DNA of 64,000 nucleotides. Source: Fimbriimonadales bacterium. GTDB taxonomy: Bacteria > Armatimonadota > Fimbriimonadia > Fimbriimonadales > ATM1. A program made the translations under genes and the position numbers. Where the stretch lies: NCBI GenBank assembly GCA_041744215.1, contig JBGTLG010000004.1, positions 1 through 64,000 of the forward strand. Direction: 5' to 3'. Positions 19,388 to 27,583 of this stretch are shown one piece after another (the first letter of the stretch is position 1; each line of letters opens with the position of its first letter). The notes beneath the pieces are model-generated. The model was not told where the DNA came from. It saw only the letters and a program-made list of their open reading frames with translations, and made no database searches.

Positions 19388-19799
19388 ATTTGAGTTCCGG
19401 TTGGAGAAAGTTTTGGCATATCGCTGTCTCCAGGAGGAGTGGGCGAAGGAGGCGTTGCGCGAAGCACAAGCGGCGCTCGGCGAGGCTGAGATTGAACTTA
19501 CGAGAATTGAGCGGGAGCGCGCAGCAGCATTGCTGAAGAAGCCGAAGTCGATCGAGGCGATGATCGATCTTGAATCCTACGTCGCCAAGCTCGAAGACGA
19601 TGCCGAAGCTCAAAAGAGTGTGATATCGATACTTGAAGACGAGGTTGAGAGGGCGCGACTCGAATACCTCGAAGCGAAGCGAGCTGTCGAGACGATGGAG
19701 AAGCTGAAGCAACGAGAACTCGAAGAGTGGGAAGCAGAACTGAATCGAGAAGAGCAAAAAAGCTTGGACGACTGGACTTCTACAAGGAGGCCCGCCTAA
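19380..19799 (+). CDS. fliJ: Flagellar export protein FliJ
   Basis: FEFRLEKVL..R, coiled coil, EQK.LD. Confidence 0.88.
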   Translation: MRRFEFRLEKVLAYRCLQEEWAKEALREAQAALGEAEIELTRIERERAAALLKKPKSIEAMIDLESYVAKLEDDAEAQKSVISILEDEVERARLEYLEAKRAVETMEKLKQRELEEWEAELNREEQKSLDDWTSTRRPA

Positions 19800-20452
19800 T
19801 GAGAATTCAACCTCTCGGAATAACAGGTGTGCAAAACAGGATCCGCGAAATTGAATCGAAGCTATCAGGCGTTTTTGGAAACACGCTCGACCAAGCAATC
19901 GGCGCAGACGCGTCATCCTTCTCGCCTCTTGCATCGCGTCCGATTTGGTCGGACTCGTTTCCTGCAGGCAACCCCTTGGCAATGAGCACGCCGCCCAGTT
20001 CGGGACTTGCGATCGGCGCAGGCGCGCTGGTACCTCTGAATCCGCTTGACCTGATTCCGAGTAACCAGGGAGTTGGGCTTTCCGAACTCCAAGCGCTGGC
20101 AGATACAACCGCTCAAGAGTTTGGGCTCGATGCCGCGCTGTTCCGAGCGCTGATCAATGCTGAGAGCGGATGGAATCCAAACTCGGTTTCGCCAAGGGGC
20201 GCGCAAGGCCTCGCTCAGCTGATGCCTGCGACTGCGCGAGAGCTAGGCGTGATCGACCCTTTCGATCCCCAAGAGAACCTCCGCGGTGGTGCGAAGTATC
20301 TCAAGCAAATGATCGAGCAATTCGGCTCCGTCGAGCTTGGGCTTGCCGCGTACAACGCCGGGCCTGGCGCAGTAAGGCGTCATAACGGAATCCCACCGTT
20401 TGCAGAAACGCAGAACTTTGTACGTCGAATCCTCGGGGAGGATAGATCGTGA
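19799..20452 (+). CDS. Lytic transglycosylase (SLT domain)
   Basis: AES.WNP..VS..GA.GL.QLMP.TA, AAYNAGPG, PPF.ETQ.FV. Confidence 0.92.
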   Translation: MRIQPLGITGVQNRIREIESKLSGVFGNTLDQAIGADASSFSPLASRPIWSDSFPAGNPLAMSTPPSSGLAIGAGALVPLNPLDLIPSNQGVGLSELQALADTTAQEFGLDAALFRALINAESGWNPNSVSPRGAQGLAQLMPATARELGVIDPFDPQENLRGGAKYLKQMIEQFGSVELGLAAYNAGPGAVRRHNGIPPFAETQNFVRRILGEDRS

Positions 20453-20919
20453 AACTGCTTGTACCGATTCTGTCGGCGATTGTCGTGCTCGGTGGGACTG
20501 TGATCGGGCTCGGATACGCGCGAGTGATCAACATTCCTGGGATAACACCTTCGAAGAAGGAGCAGCCGAAAGAGCCGACGAGCACAGAGAAGCCCGAACA
20601 ATCGAACGAAGGGCTCGGATCGCCACCTACGTCCCCGCCACCATCGACTGAAGTGTCTCAGCCGCCATCTGCGCAAGCGCAGCCGGAGGCGGTGATAACA
20701 GAGCGTGTCGACGGAACTGAGCGGCTGGCGAAACTGTGGTCCTCAATGGACACAGAAGCGTTGGTGAAAGTTCTTGACCAATGGAGCGACGGCGATGTCT
20801 TGCGAGTTTTGGCAAGAATGGATGACAAGAAGCTTGCAGAACTCCTGAGCGAGCTTGAGCCTGACAAGGCAGCAAGAATCAGCATGGGCATCAAATCGCT
20901 GGAGAAGGGCGGCAAGTAA
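20449..20919 (+). CDS. MotE/YlxF-like protein (MgtE-N-like domain, N-terminal TM helix)
   Basis: TM helix, Pro-rich linker, LAK.WS.M....L..M...K.AE.L..L.P.KAA.I. Confidence 0.7.
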   Translation: MKLLVPILSAIVVLGGTVIGLGYARVINIPGITPSKKEQPKEPTSTEKPEQSNEGLGSPPTSPPPSTEVSQPPSAQAQPEAVITERVDGTERLAKLWSSMDTEALVKVLDQWSDGDVLRVLARMDDKKLAELLSELEPDKAARISMGIKSLEKGGK

Positions 20920-20940
20920 TCGCCGAAGCGATCTCAGACT

Positions 20941-22998
20941 ATGCGAACTCTCGAGCGATTTCTAAAGCATACGGACATCCTGCTTGCGGTGGGAATACTG
21001 GCGATCGTCGCCATGCTCATTCTCCCGATTCCGCATTGGTTTCTCGATGCCATGCTTGTGCTGAGCATCGCGTCGGCTGTCGTCATAGCTCTGATCGCCA
21101 CAAACGTTAGCACCCCACTCCAATTCAGCACCTTTCCGTCGATCCTGCTGCTGACAACGCTGCTTCGCCTCGCACTAAGCATCGCTGCAACGAAGCTGAT
21201 CTTAGGCACCGCCAGTGCTGGGTCGGTGATCCAGACGTTTGGACAGTTCGTCATGGGCGGGGACTTCGTGGTTGGCATCGTAGCGTTCCTCATCCTTGTG
21301 ATTGTGCAGTTTGTTGTCATCACGAATGGTGCAGGTCGTGTGTCGGAAGTCGTTGCGAGGTTCACGCTCGATGCGATGCCTGGCAAACAGATGGCAATCG
21401 ATGCCGACCTCAACGCAGGGCTGATTACGGAGCCCGAAGCGAGACAGCGCCGCCAGGAAATCAAGCAGGAAGCAGACTTTTACGGTGCAATGGACGGTGC
21501 GAGCAAATTCATCAAAGGTGATGCGATCGCATCTATCTTGATTATCATCGTCAACATCATCGGCGGTGTCGTGATTGGATTCATGAAGAATCAAGGATCG
21601 ATCATGGACATTCTGCAAACCTATGCTTTGCTTAGCGTGGGAGAGGGTCTTGTCTCTCAGATTCCCGCTCTGCTTATCAGCACCTCTGCGGGACTTATGG
21701 TGACCCGATCTGGACAGGAGAGCGGGATGGGCACTGCGGTGCTAACCCAGATTTTCGGCCAACCGAAAGCGATGCTTGGCGCCGCGATTATCCTCGCAGC
21801 GATGGGGCTAGTTCCTGGATTCCCAACTTTGATTTTCTTCTTCTTTGCTGCAATTGCTTTCATGGTGTACCGAATTGTCGACAAGGGCGTCCCTCAAACG
21901 GCGAAGCAGAAAGAGCAAAAAGCGGAAGAGGCAAAGCAAGTCGCAGCCCCTTCGGGTCCGGAGTCAGTTCTGCCACTCCTCAATGTGGATCCGATCGAGT
22001 TAGAAATCGGTTATGGTCTTACTCGATTAGCAGATCCAAGACAAGGCGGCGATCTCACGCAGAGAGTCACCGCGGTTAGGCGTCAGCTGGCGATGGAGCT
22101 TGGGTTCGTGATGCCGAGCGTACGCATCCGAGACAATATGCAACTCGGAGCGAACGATTACGTTGTACGGATTCGCGGCGAAGAGGTAGCGCGCGCTCAA
22201 GCCTTCCCTGACTCGTGTCTGGCGATCGAAGGGGGCGTAGTGCTCAATCCTATTGCGGGAAGCCAGACAAAAGACCCTGTTTTCGGAATCGACGCGCTTT
22301 GGATTGACGCCAACCAGCGAGAGCAAGCTGAGCGTAGCGGCTACACCGTGATCGAACCGAACTCTATGATCAGCACACATCTAAGCGAGATTGTCAAGGC
22401 TCATTCCGCAGAGTTGCTGAGCAGACAAGACGTTCAATCTCTCATGGATAATGTCAAAGAGCACAACGCAGCTGTTGTTGAGGAGTTGGTGCCCGCGCGT
22501 ATGTCGCTAGGAGAGGTTCAAAAGGTATTGCAGCATTTGCTACGCGAGCGAGTGCCAATTCGCGACATGGTCACAATCTTGGAAACGCTCGCAGACTTTG
22601 CGGAACGAATCAAGGAACCCGATCAGTTAGGTGAGATTGTGCGCGCTTCTATCTCGCGTACCATCACCCGCCAACATATGGATGATGGCGGCAAGATGTA
22701 CTGCATAACCGTTGATCCACAGCTTGGCAAGTCACTTGCAGAGCAGTTGCAACAGACGCCGTACGGCGCTACGCTGGCGCTGGATCCAGAATCCACCGAA
22801 CGGCTGGTTCGTTCTGTCGCTGCAGAGACGGATCGTTCGACGTCGCTCGGTCATCCCGCAGTCGTATTGACGGGGAACACAATTCGGTTGCCGCTGAAGA
22901 GGCTTTTGGAACGGCACGCCGTTCAAACGCCGGTCCTTGCTTACAATGAAGTCGCAGCGAGCGCGGACGTCGAGTTTATTGGGCAGGTCGCTGCTTAA
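20941..22998 (+). CDS. flhA: Flagellar biosynthesis protein FlhA
   Basis: ARFTLDAMPGKQMAIDADL, FYGAMDGASKF.KGDA, GLVSQIPAL. Confidence 0.97.
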   Translation: MRTLERFLKHTDILLAVGILAIVAMLILPIPHWFLDAMLVLSIASAVVIALIATNVSTPLQFSTFPSILLLTTLLRLALSIAATKLILGTASAGSVIQTFGQFVMGGDFVVGIVAFLILVIVQFVVITNGAGRVSEVVARFTLDAMPGKQMAIDADLNAGLITEPEARQRRQEIKQEADFYGAMDGASKFIKGDAIASILIIIVNIIGGVVIGFMKNQGSIMDILQTYALLSVGEGLVSQIPALLISTSAGLMVTRSGQESGMGTAVLTQIFGQPKAMLGAAIILAAMGLVPGFPTLIFFFFAAIAFMVYRIVDKGVPQTAKQKEQKAEEAKQVAAPSGPESVLPLLNVDPIELEIGYGLTRLADPRQGGDLTQRVTAVRRQLAMELGFVMPSVRIRDNMQLGANDYVVRIRGEEVARAQAFPDSCLAIEGGVVLNPIAGSQTKDPVFGIDALWIDANQREQAERSGYTVIEPNSMISTHLSEIVKAHSAELLSRQDVQSLMDNVKEHNAAVVEELVPARMSLGEVQKVLQHLLRERVPIRDMVTILETLADFAERIKEPDQLGEIVRASISRTITRQHMDDGGKMYCITVDPQLGKSLAEQLQQTPYGATLALDPESTERLVRSVAAETDRSTSLGHPAVVLTGNTIRLPLKRLLERHAVQTPVLAYNEVAASADVEFIGQVAA

Positions 22999-23867
22999 GT
23001 CGAGAAGAAGTCCTTGTGTTTGCGCCGTTGCGCAATGAACCTTAGCTTCCGTAACGCCTGGATCTCGATTTGACGAATGCGCTCCCGCGAGAGGTTTAGA
23101 TCTTCACTAAGATCACGGAGCATGGATGGCTCACACGTTTCTTCCAAGCCCAATCGACGGCGCATGATCCTGCGTTCTCGCTCAGAGAGATCCTCCATGA
23201 GCTCATTCAGCTCGTCCAGCGTTTCGCGATTGATGGCGTGCAGTTCGGGATCCGACTCTCCGTTATCTGATAGCACCGACACCAGCGTCGTGTGATCATC
23301 TTTTCCGACTACAACATCTAGGGAGATTGGTTCGCGGGACGACTGGAGCAAACTCATTAGTTTGCGAACGGTGATACCGAGCGCAGCTGCGATCTCATCC
23401 GCACTGGCATCGCGGCCCAATTCACACCGCAAGCGAAGTCGCTCACGTTCTACCTTGCGGATCATCTCAGAGACGTGTGCGGGCAGTCGAATCGCCTTCG
23501 CCTTGTAGTCGAGGGCTCGTCCGATCGTTTGGCGAATCCAGTGGGTTGCATAAGTGCTGAAGCGATAGCCGCGATCTGGGTCAAATCGATCGACAGCATT
23601 CATGAGCCCGATAGCACCCTCCTGAATGAGGTCCTCAAACGGGATCGATCGGTTGCGATAGTGTTTCGCAATGTTAACGACGAGACGCATGTTCGCTTCG
23701 ATCAAGCGCTTCTTGGCAGATTCATCTCCTCGCTTGACGCGCTTTGCCAACTCCCTCTCCTCATCTGGAGTCAAGAGTGGTATCTGCGTCAGGCGCGACA
23801 GATACGACGGAATTCCGTCGCTGTGCGCGCCTCCCCTCTCTTCTGGGGGACCTGCCGGTTGTTGCAT
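22995..23867 (-). CDS. RpoD/RpoS-like (group 2) sigma-70 factor
   Basis: Region 1.2 YL..L..IPLL, ANMRLVV.IAK.Y, DLIQEG.IGL, FSTYATHWIRQ, SRERIRQIE..AL.KL. No region 1.1. Start placed at the ATG after a GGAG SD. Confidence 0.92.
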   Translation of the reverse strand: MQQPAGPPEERGGAHSDGIPSYLSRLTQIPLLTPDEERELAKRVKRGDESAKKRLIEANMRLVVNIAKHYRNRSIPFEDLIQEGAIGLMNAVDRFDPDRGYRFSTYATHWIRQTIGRALDYKAKAIRLPAHVSEMIRKVERERLRLRCELGRDASADEIAAALGITVRKLMSLLQSSREPISLDVVVGKDDHTTLVSVLSDNGESDPELHAINRETLDELNELMEDLSERERRIMRRRLGLEETCEPSMLRDLSEDLNLSRERIRQIEIQALRKLRFIAQRRKHKDFFST

Positions 23868-24067
23868 CAAACTCTCCGCTACCGGCCCCATCGCCCTGTC
23901 CTTGCGATAAGCACCGTTACGGTCAGCAGGCACACGTCCCTATGTGCCGGGCCGTCCAGCAAGCAATATACGTGCCAGCCAGGCTTCTTGCGTCTGGAAG
24001 TAGCGATTCTGCCGTCAAGGGCCCAGTGGCCGCTGAACCGGCGAGAGGCGCGCCCTCCTGTGGGTTG

Positions 24068-24092
24068 GACGATTCTCAACCCGCGTCAGTTC
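24068..24092 (-). promoter_or_regulatory. Putative ECF sigma promoter upstream of the sigma gene
   Basis: Minus strand GAAC-N17-CGTC. Confidence 0.4.
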
Positions 24093-24126
24093 TACCTGAA
24101 TTCCGAAGTACACTGAATTCTGGAAA

Positions 24127-25110
24127 ATGAACGAGAAGGACTTCGTTGCCAGGAGAAAGGGCGACTGGGACCGACTACTGATCCTGATTGACGCCTCGGA
24201 GGCGAGCATTGGCTCACTTTCGGGGGCGCAGGTGAGGGAGTTTGGGCGTCTCTACCGCCGAGTAGCTAGCGACCTCGCCTACGTTCGAACTCACTCCGCA
24301 AACCGCTCTATCGAGGGCTTTCTCAACGACTTGATCGCTCGCGGCCACGGCGTCTTGTATCGACACCCCCGCACGCCAATTGGGCAGGCGGTTGTCACCT
24401 TCTTCAGGGAGGCAGCTTCCGCCGTTAGGCGAAGGCAAGTCTTCATCTACGCCGCAATACTGGTGACTTTGCTGTCTGCGGCTTTTGCCGCTGATGCAGT
24501 CAGGAAAGACGAGACCTTGCTCGACACAGTTTTGCCGGCTGGGTTCGAAGGTGCGCTTGAGCATTGGAAGTCGAAGCAGTTCGAAGATCGCAGCGGCGAT
24601 CAGAACCTGGGGATGACCGGCTTTTATGTGTGGAACAATACGATGGCTACCCTGATGGTTGCCGCCGGTGGCGTGACCTTTGGGATGACTTCACTCTACT
24701 CTTTGTACATGAACGGTGCGATGCTGGGCGCATTCGTGGTCGAGATGCAGAAGGTTGGCGGTCTAGGGCACTTTCTTGGTGGGATCGCGGCCCATGGCGT
24801 CTCGGAGTTGGGCGGGATCTTCATCGCTGGGTCGGCTGGGTTCGTGATGGCATTCTCGCTCATCAATCCGGGTCGTCGCACGCGCGGTCAATCGCTAAGG
24901 AAGGCTGGGAAGGACGCGGTCTATCTAATCGGCATCGGCGTCCTGATGATTTGGGTAGCGGCGCCTATCGAGGGATGGATCAGCTTCGTTGACAGTGTGC
25001 CGATGTCGCTGAAGCTGGCTATCGCGTTCGTCACTTTCGTTGGGTGGATGCTTCTGTTCACGTTTGTTGGGCGCGATTTAGACCAGACGCGGCGTTTGGA
25101 ATCGGCCTGA
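24127..25110 (+). CDS. Stage II sporulation protein M (SpoIIM/DUF95) family membrane protein
   Basis: YR....DLAY..T, NN, NG.MLG, HG.SEL, AA.IEG.IS. Confidence 0.85.
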   Translation: MNEKDFVARRKGDWDRLLILIDASEASIGSLSGAQVREFGRLYRRVASDLAYVRTHSANRSIEGFLNDLIARGHGVLYRHPRTPIGQAVVTFFREAASAVRRRQVFIYAAILVTLLSAAFAADAVRKDETLLDTVLPAGFEGALEHWKSKQFEDRSGDQNLGMTGFYVWNNTMATLMVAAGGVTFGMTSLYSLYMNGAMLGAFVVEMQKVGGLGHFLGGIAAHGVSELGGIFIAGSAGFVMAFSLINPGRRTRGQSLRKAGKDAVYLIGIGVLMIWVAAPIEGWISFVDSVPMSLKLAIAFVTFVGWMLLFTFVGRDLDQTRRLESA

Positions 25111-25138
25111 AGGGGCTTGAGCCCCCAAAATCAGGCAG

Positions 25139-25147
25139 TGGTATAAT
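25139..25147 (+). promoter_or_regulatory. Extended -10 sigma70 promoter of the speD-speE leader
   Basis: TGgTATAAT; TTGAGC at 25117-25122 with a 19-nt spacer. Confidence 0.6.
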
Positions 25148-25204
25148 TCGCGCTCGCCGCCGAAACCCTATCGGACAAGAAGGCAGGGGCGGTTCTCACG
25201 CAAG

Positions 25205-25330
25205 ATGATGAATCAAGCGTTTTCGACTTTGGCCAGCCGGTTGCTAAGCTTTGAAGCGACCGGGGTTGGGTCGGCGCGTGGGCGCCTTTGCCATTGCCTG
25301 ATAGGAGGGACTTGGCGATGTATTTGCTAA
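25205..25330 (+). CDS. Putative leader peptide (uORF, 41 aa) overlapping the speD start
   Basis: MMNQAFSTLASRLLSFEATGVGSARGRLCHCLIGGTWRCIC*, inside a long structured leader. Confidence 0.4.
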   Translation: MMNQAFSTLASRLLSFEATGVGSARGRLCHCLIGGTWRCIC

Positions 25331-25926
25331 CGGGCTTTGCCTTGTGCTTCGTCCTGTTTGTGGTCGCCAGGCCGCGGACTTTTCCCCTGGCGAAACTGGG
25401 CCGTGTGTTGCGGCGCCTCTTTATGAAGAGCCAAGCTCTGGAACCAGTCCAGGTTGACGACGGCTGGACCGTTATTCCGGGAGAGGATCCAAGGCAGTTT
25501 TGCGAGTGGATCCACGACGACGATTTCAAAAGACCGCAGTGGGATGGTGTTGAGCCGTCATTAGGCTGCCATGTTCTCATCGAAATGTATGGCTGCGATC
25601 CAGAGATGCTTGAGATCGAGGAGAAGGTCAGTTTTGCGATGAACGACGCGGCGGCTCGCAGCGAAGCCACTGTGGTTACAAGTTCCTTTCATGAGTTCAA
25701 GCCATACGGCGTGTCGGGCGCAGTGATCATTCAGGAGTCGCACTACACGATTCACACTTGGCCTGAGCATCGATACGCAGCGATCGACCTCTTCTATTGC
25801 GGCGAGTCCGTCTTAGTTGATGAAGCAGTGCGGGCCCTTCGAGAACACTTCAAACCCACAAAGACACGGTTTCTTGTTGTTCGAAGGGGTCTACAGTCTG
25901 AAGTGGAAAAGGAATCACTAGCTTAA
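25318..25926 (+). CDS. speD: S-adenosylmethionine decarboxylase proenzyme (class 1B) with N-terminal extension
   Basis: LG.HVLIE.YGC, F.P.GVSG..II.ESH.TIHTWPE..YAAID.F.CG. SD AGGAGG at 25303-25308 precedes ATG25318; alternative ATG at 25423. Confidence 0.92.
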   Translation: MYLLTGFALCFVLFVVARPRTFPLAKLGRVLRRLFMKSQALEPVQVDDGWTVIPGEDPRQFCEWIHDDDFKRPQWDGVEPSLGCHVLIEMYGCDPEMLEIEEKVSFAMNDAAARSEATVVTSSFHEFKPYGVSGAVIIQESHYTIHTWPEHRYAAIDLFYCGESVLVDEAVRALREHFKPTKTRFLVVRRGLQSEVEKESLA

Positions 25927-25932
25927 ATCACC

Positions 25933-26853
25933 ATGTCATTTTCACAGCGTACAGGGATGTTCATCAGCGAAACTCACACCGATGCGATGGAGTGGTGTTT
26001 CACCGTCGAGAAGATGCTTGTGGAAGGGAAGACGAAGTTTCAGGAGTATCAAATCTGCGAAATTCCGAGATTCGGCAAAACGCTTTTTCTTGACTACTGC
26101 ATTCAAACAAGCGCGCTCGACGAACACATCTTCCATGAGTGTATGAGCTGCCCTGCGATGACGACTCACCCAAATCCCAAGAAGGTGTTCGTTGCAGGCG
26201 GAGGAGAGGGCGCAACGCTCAGAGAGGCGCTCGCACACAACACCGTCGAGAAAGCGGTGATGGTGGACATAGACGATGAACTCGTCGCGATGGTGAGAGA
26301 ACATATGCCCGAATGGCCAAAGGGCTCGTTCGAGGATCCGCGAACGACCCTTCTGCACATGGATGCGCGGAAGTATCTCGAAGAAACAGATGAGAAATTC
26401 GACGTCATCCTGAGCGATCTTCCCGATCCGCTGGAGGGCGGTCCAGCGGTATACCTGTTCACGAAAGAGTACTTCGAGCTATGCATGGATCGCCTGACCG
26501 ACGACGGGGTGTTTGCAATGCAGGCAGGTTGCGCAAACATGAACTATCCCGATTGCTTTGCCGCTTGCCTATCGACGGTCAAGGAAGTCTTCCCCATTGT
26601 TCGCCCCTACTGGGCGATTATCACGACGTTTCTTGTGCCGTGGGCATTCATTCTTTGCAGCAAGAAGCACGACCCGCTCGACCTAACGCAGGAAGAGATC
26701 GCCAAGCGATTCTCACAGCGCGGAGTTACGAACAGATACTACACACCGAGGTTTCATCAGAGCGTCTTCACGATCCCCGATTACCTGTACCAGGCAGCAG
26801 AAGAGAAGGGCCAAATCATGACTGACGCACAGCCTTTCATCTGGACAGCATAA
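25933..26853 (+). CDS. speE: Polyamine aminopropyltransferase (GGGEG type)
   Basis: T.FQ, FGK.L.LD, GGGEGATLRE, MVDID, D..DP; follows speD. Confidence 0.9.
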   Translation: MSFSQRTGMFISETHTDAMEWCFTVEKMLVEGKTKFQEYQICEIPRFGKTLFLDYCIQTSALDEHIFHECMSCPAMTTHPNPKKVFVAGGGEGATLREALAHNTVEKAVMVDIDDELVAMVREHMPEWPKGSFEDPRTTLLHMDARKYLEETDEKFDVILSDLPDPLEGGPAVYLFTKEYFELCMDRLTDDGVFAMQAGCANMNYPDCFAACLSTVKEVFPIVRPYWAIITTFLVPWAFILCSKKHDPLDLTQEEIAKRFSQRGVTNRYYTPRFHQSVFTIPDYLYQAAEEKGQIMTDAQPFIWTA

Positions 26854-26947
26854 GCAACAGATTTGCACGAAGTTTGATGAACTTGCGGTATCCTCGCTCG
26901 CCCAAGCCTTGAGGGTTTGGAAACTTCCAGGAGGAGCGATTCACATA

Positions 26948-27520
26948 ATGAAACCGAAGGTTTTTGGCGCCGCTGGCGTTACCGCTATCGTCGTTGGTCT
27001 CTACGCGATTGCATCGGGTTCCGGACATGAAAAGTCCGCAGAACAAGATAGGATTGAACGTGGGAAGTATCTCGTCACAATCATGGGCTGTGGAGATTGC
27101 CACTCCCCTATCGGCCCTGACGGAAAGCAGATCAAGGGCCTGGAATTCAGCGGTCACCCTGCTGGCGCCCCGTTGCCGAAGTGGGAGCCAAAAATGCTCG
27201 AGGATGGGATCCTCGCCACATTTGCCCTGACTGCGACCGCATTCGCAGGGCCGTTCGGTGTGAGCGTCGCAGGAAACCTGACCCCAGACGAAGAGACGGG
27301 CATTGGGCAACTTACGGAAGAGATGCTTATCGAAAGTTGGCGCACTGGGAATCACTGGAAAGAAGACAAGCGCCCGGTGCTCCCGCCGATGCCGATGGAG
27401 CCCTACAGCCATATCACCGACGAAGACATTCGTGCGATCCTTGCGTACTTGAAGTCGCTGAAACCGATCAAGAATCAGCCGCCGAAGTCCATTGTCGCCC
27501 CGCCACCCGTGGCGAACTAA
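26948..27520 (+). CDS. Exported c-type cytochrome
   Basis: Signal peptide, RGKYL, CGDCH heme motif, NLTPD.ETGIG, PPMP, D.RAI.AYLKSL. Confidence 0.88.
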   Translation: MKPKVFGAAGVTAIVVGLYAIASGSGHEKSAEQDRIERGKYLVTIMGCGDCHSPIGPDGKQIKGLEFSGHPAGAPLPKWEPKMLEDGILATFALTATAFAGPFGVSVAGNLTPDEETGIGQLTEEMLIESWRTGNHWKEDKRPVLPPMPMEPYSHITDEDIRAILAYLKSLKPIKNQPPKSIVAPPPVAN

Positions 27521-27534
27521 ACTGCGCGTTGGAA

Positions 27535-27558
27535 CGAAGCGGGCTGCGGCCCGCTTCG
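27535..27558 (+). terminator. Stem-loop after the cytochrome gene (terminator-like)
   Basis: CGAAGCGGGC-TGCG-GCCCGCTTCG followed by ACTTTCTT. Confidence 0.5.
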
Positions 27559-27583
27559 ACTTTCTTGCCATAATGCTCGGTCA

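Noticed and set aside
25165-25305. Canonical SAM-I riboswitch (CCTATC...GATAGG looks like P1)
   Set aside because: The kink-turn P2, GCAACC and GGTGC core elements are missing. Kept only as an unclassified structured leader.
25153-25320. 6S RNA
   Set aside because: Bulges are on the 5' side only, there is no symmetric central bubble, and the element overlaps the speD SD.
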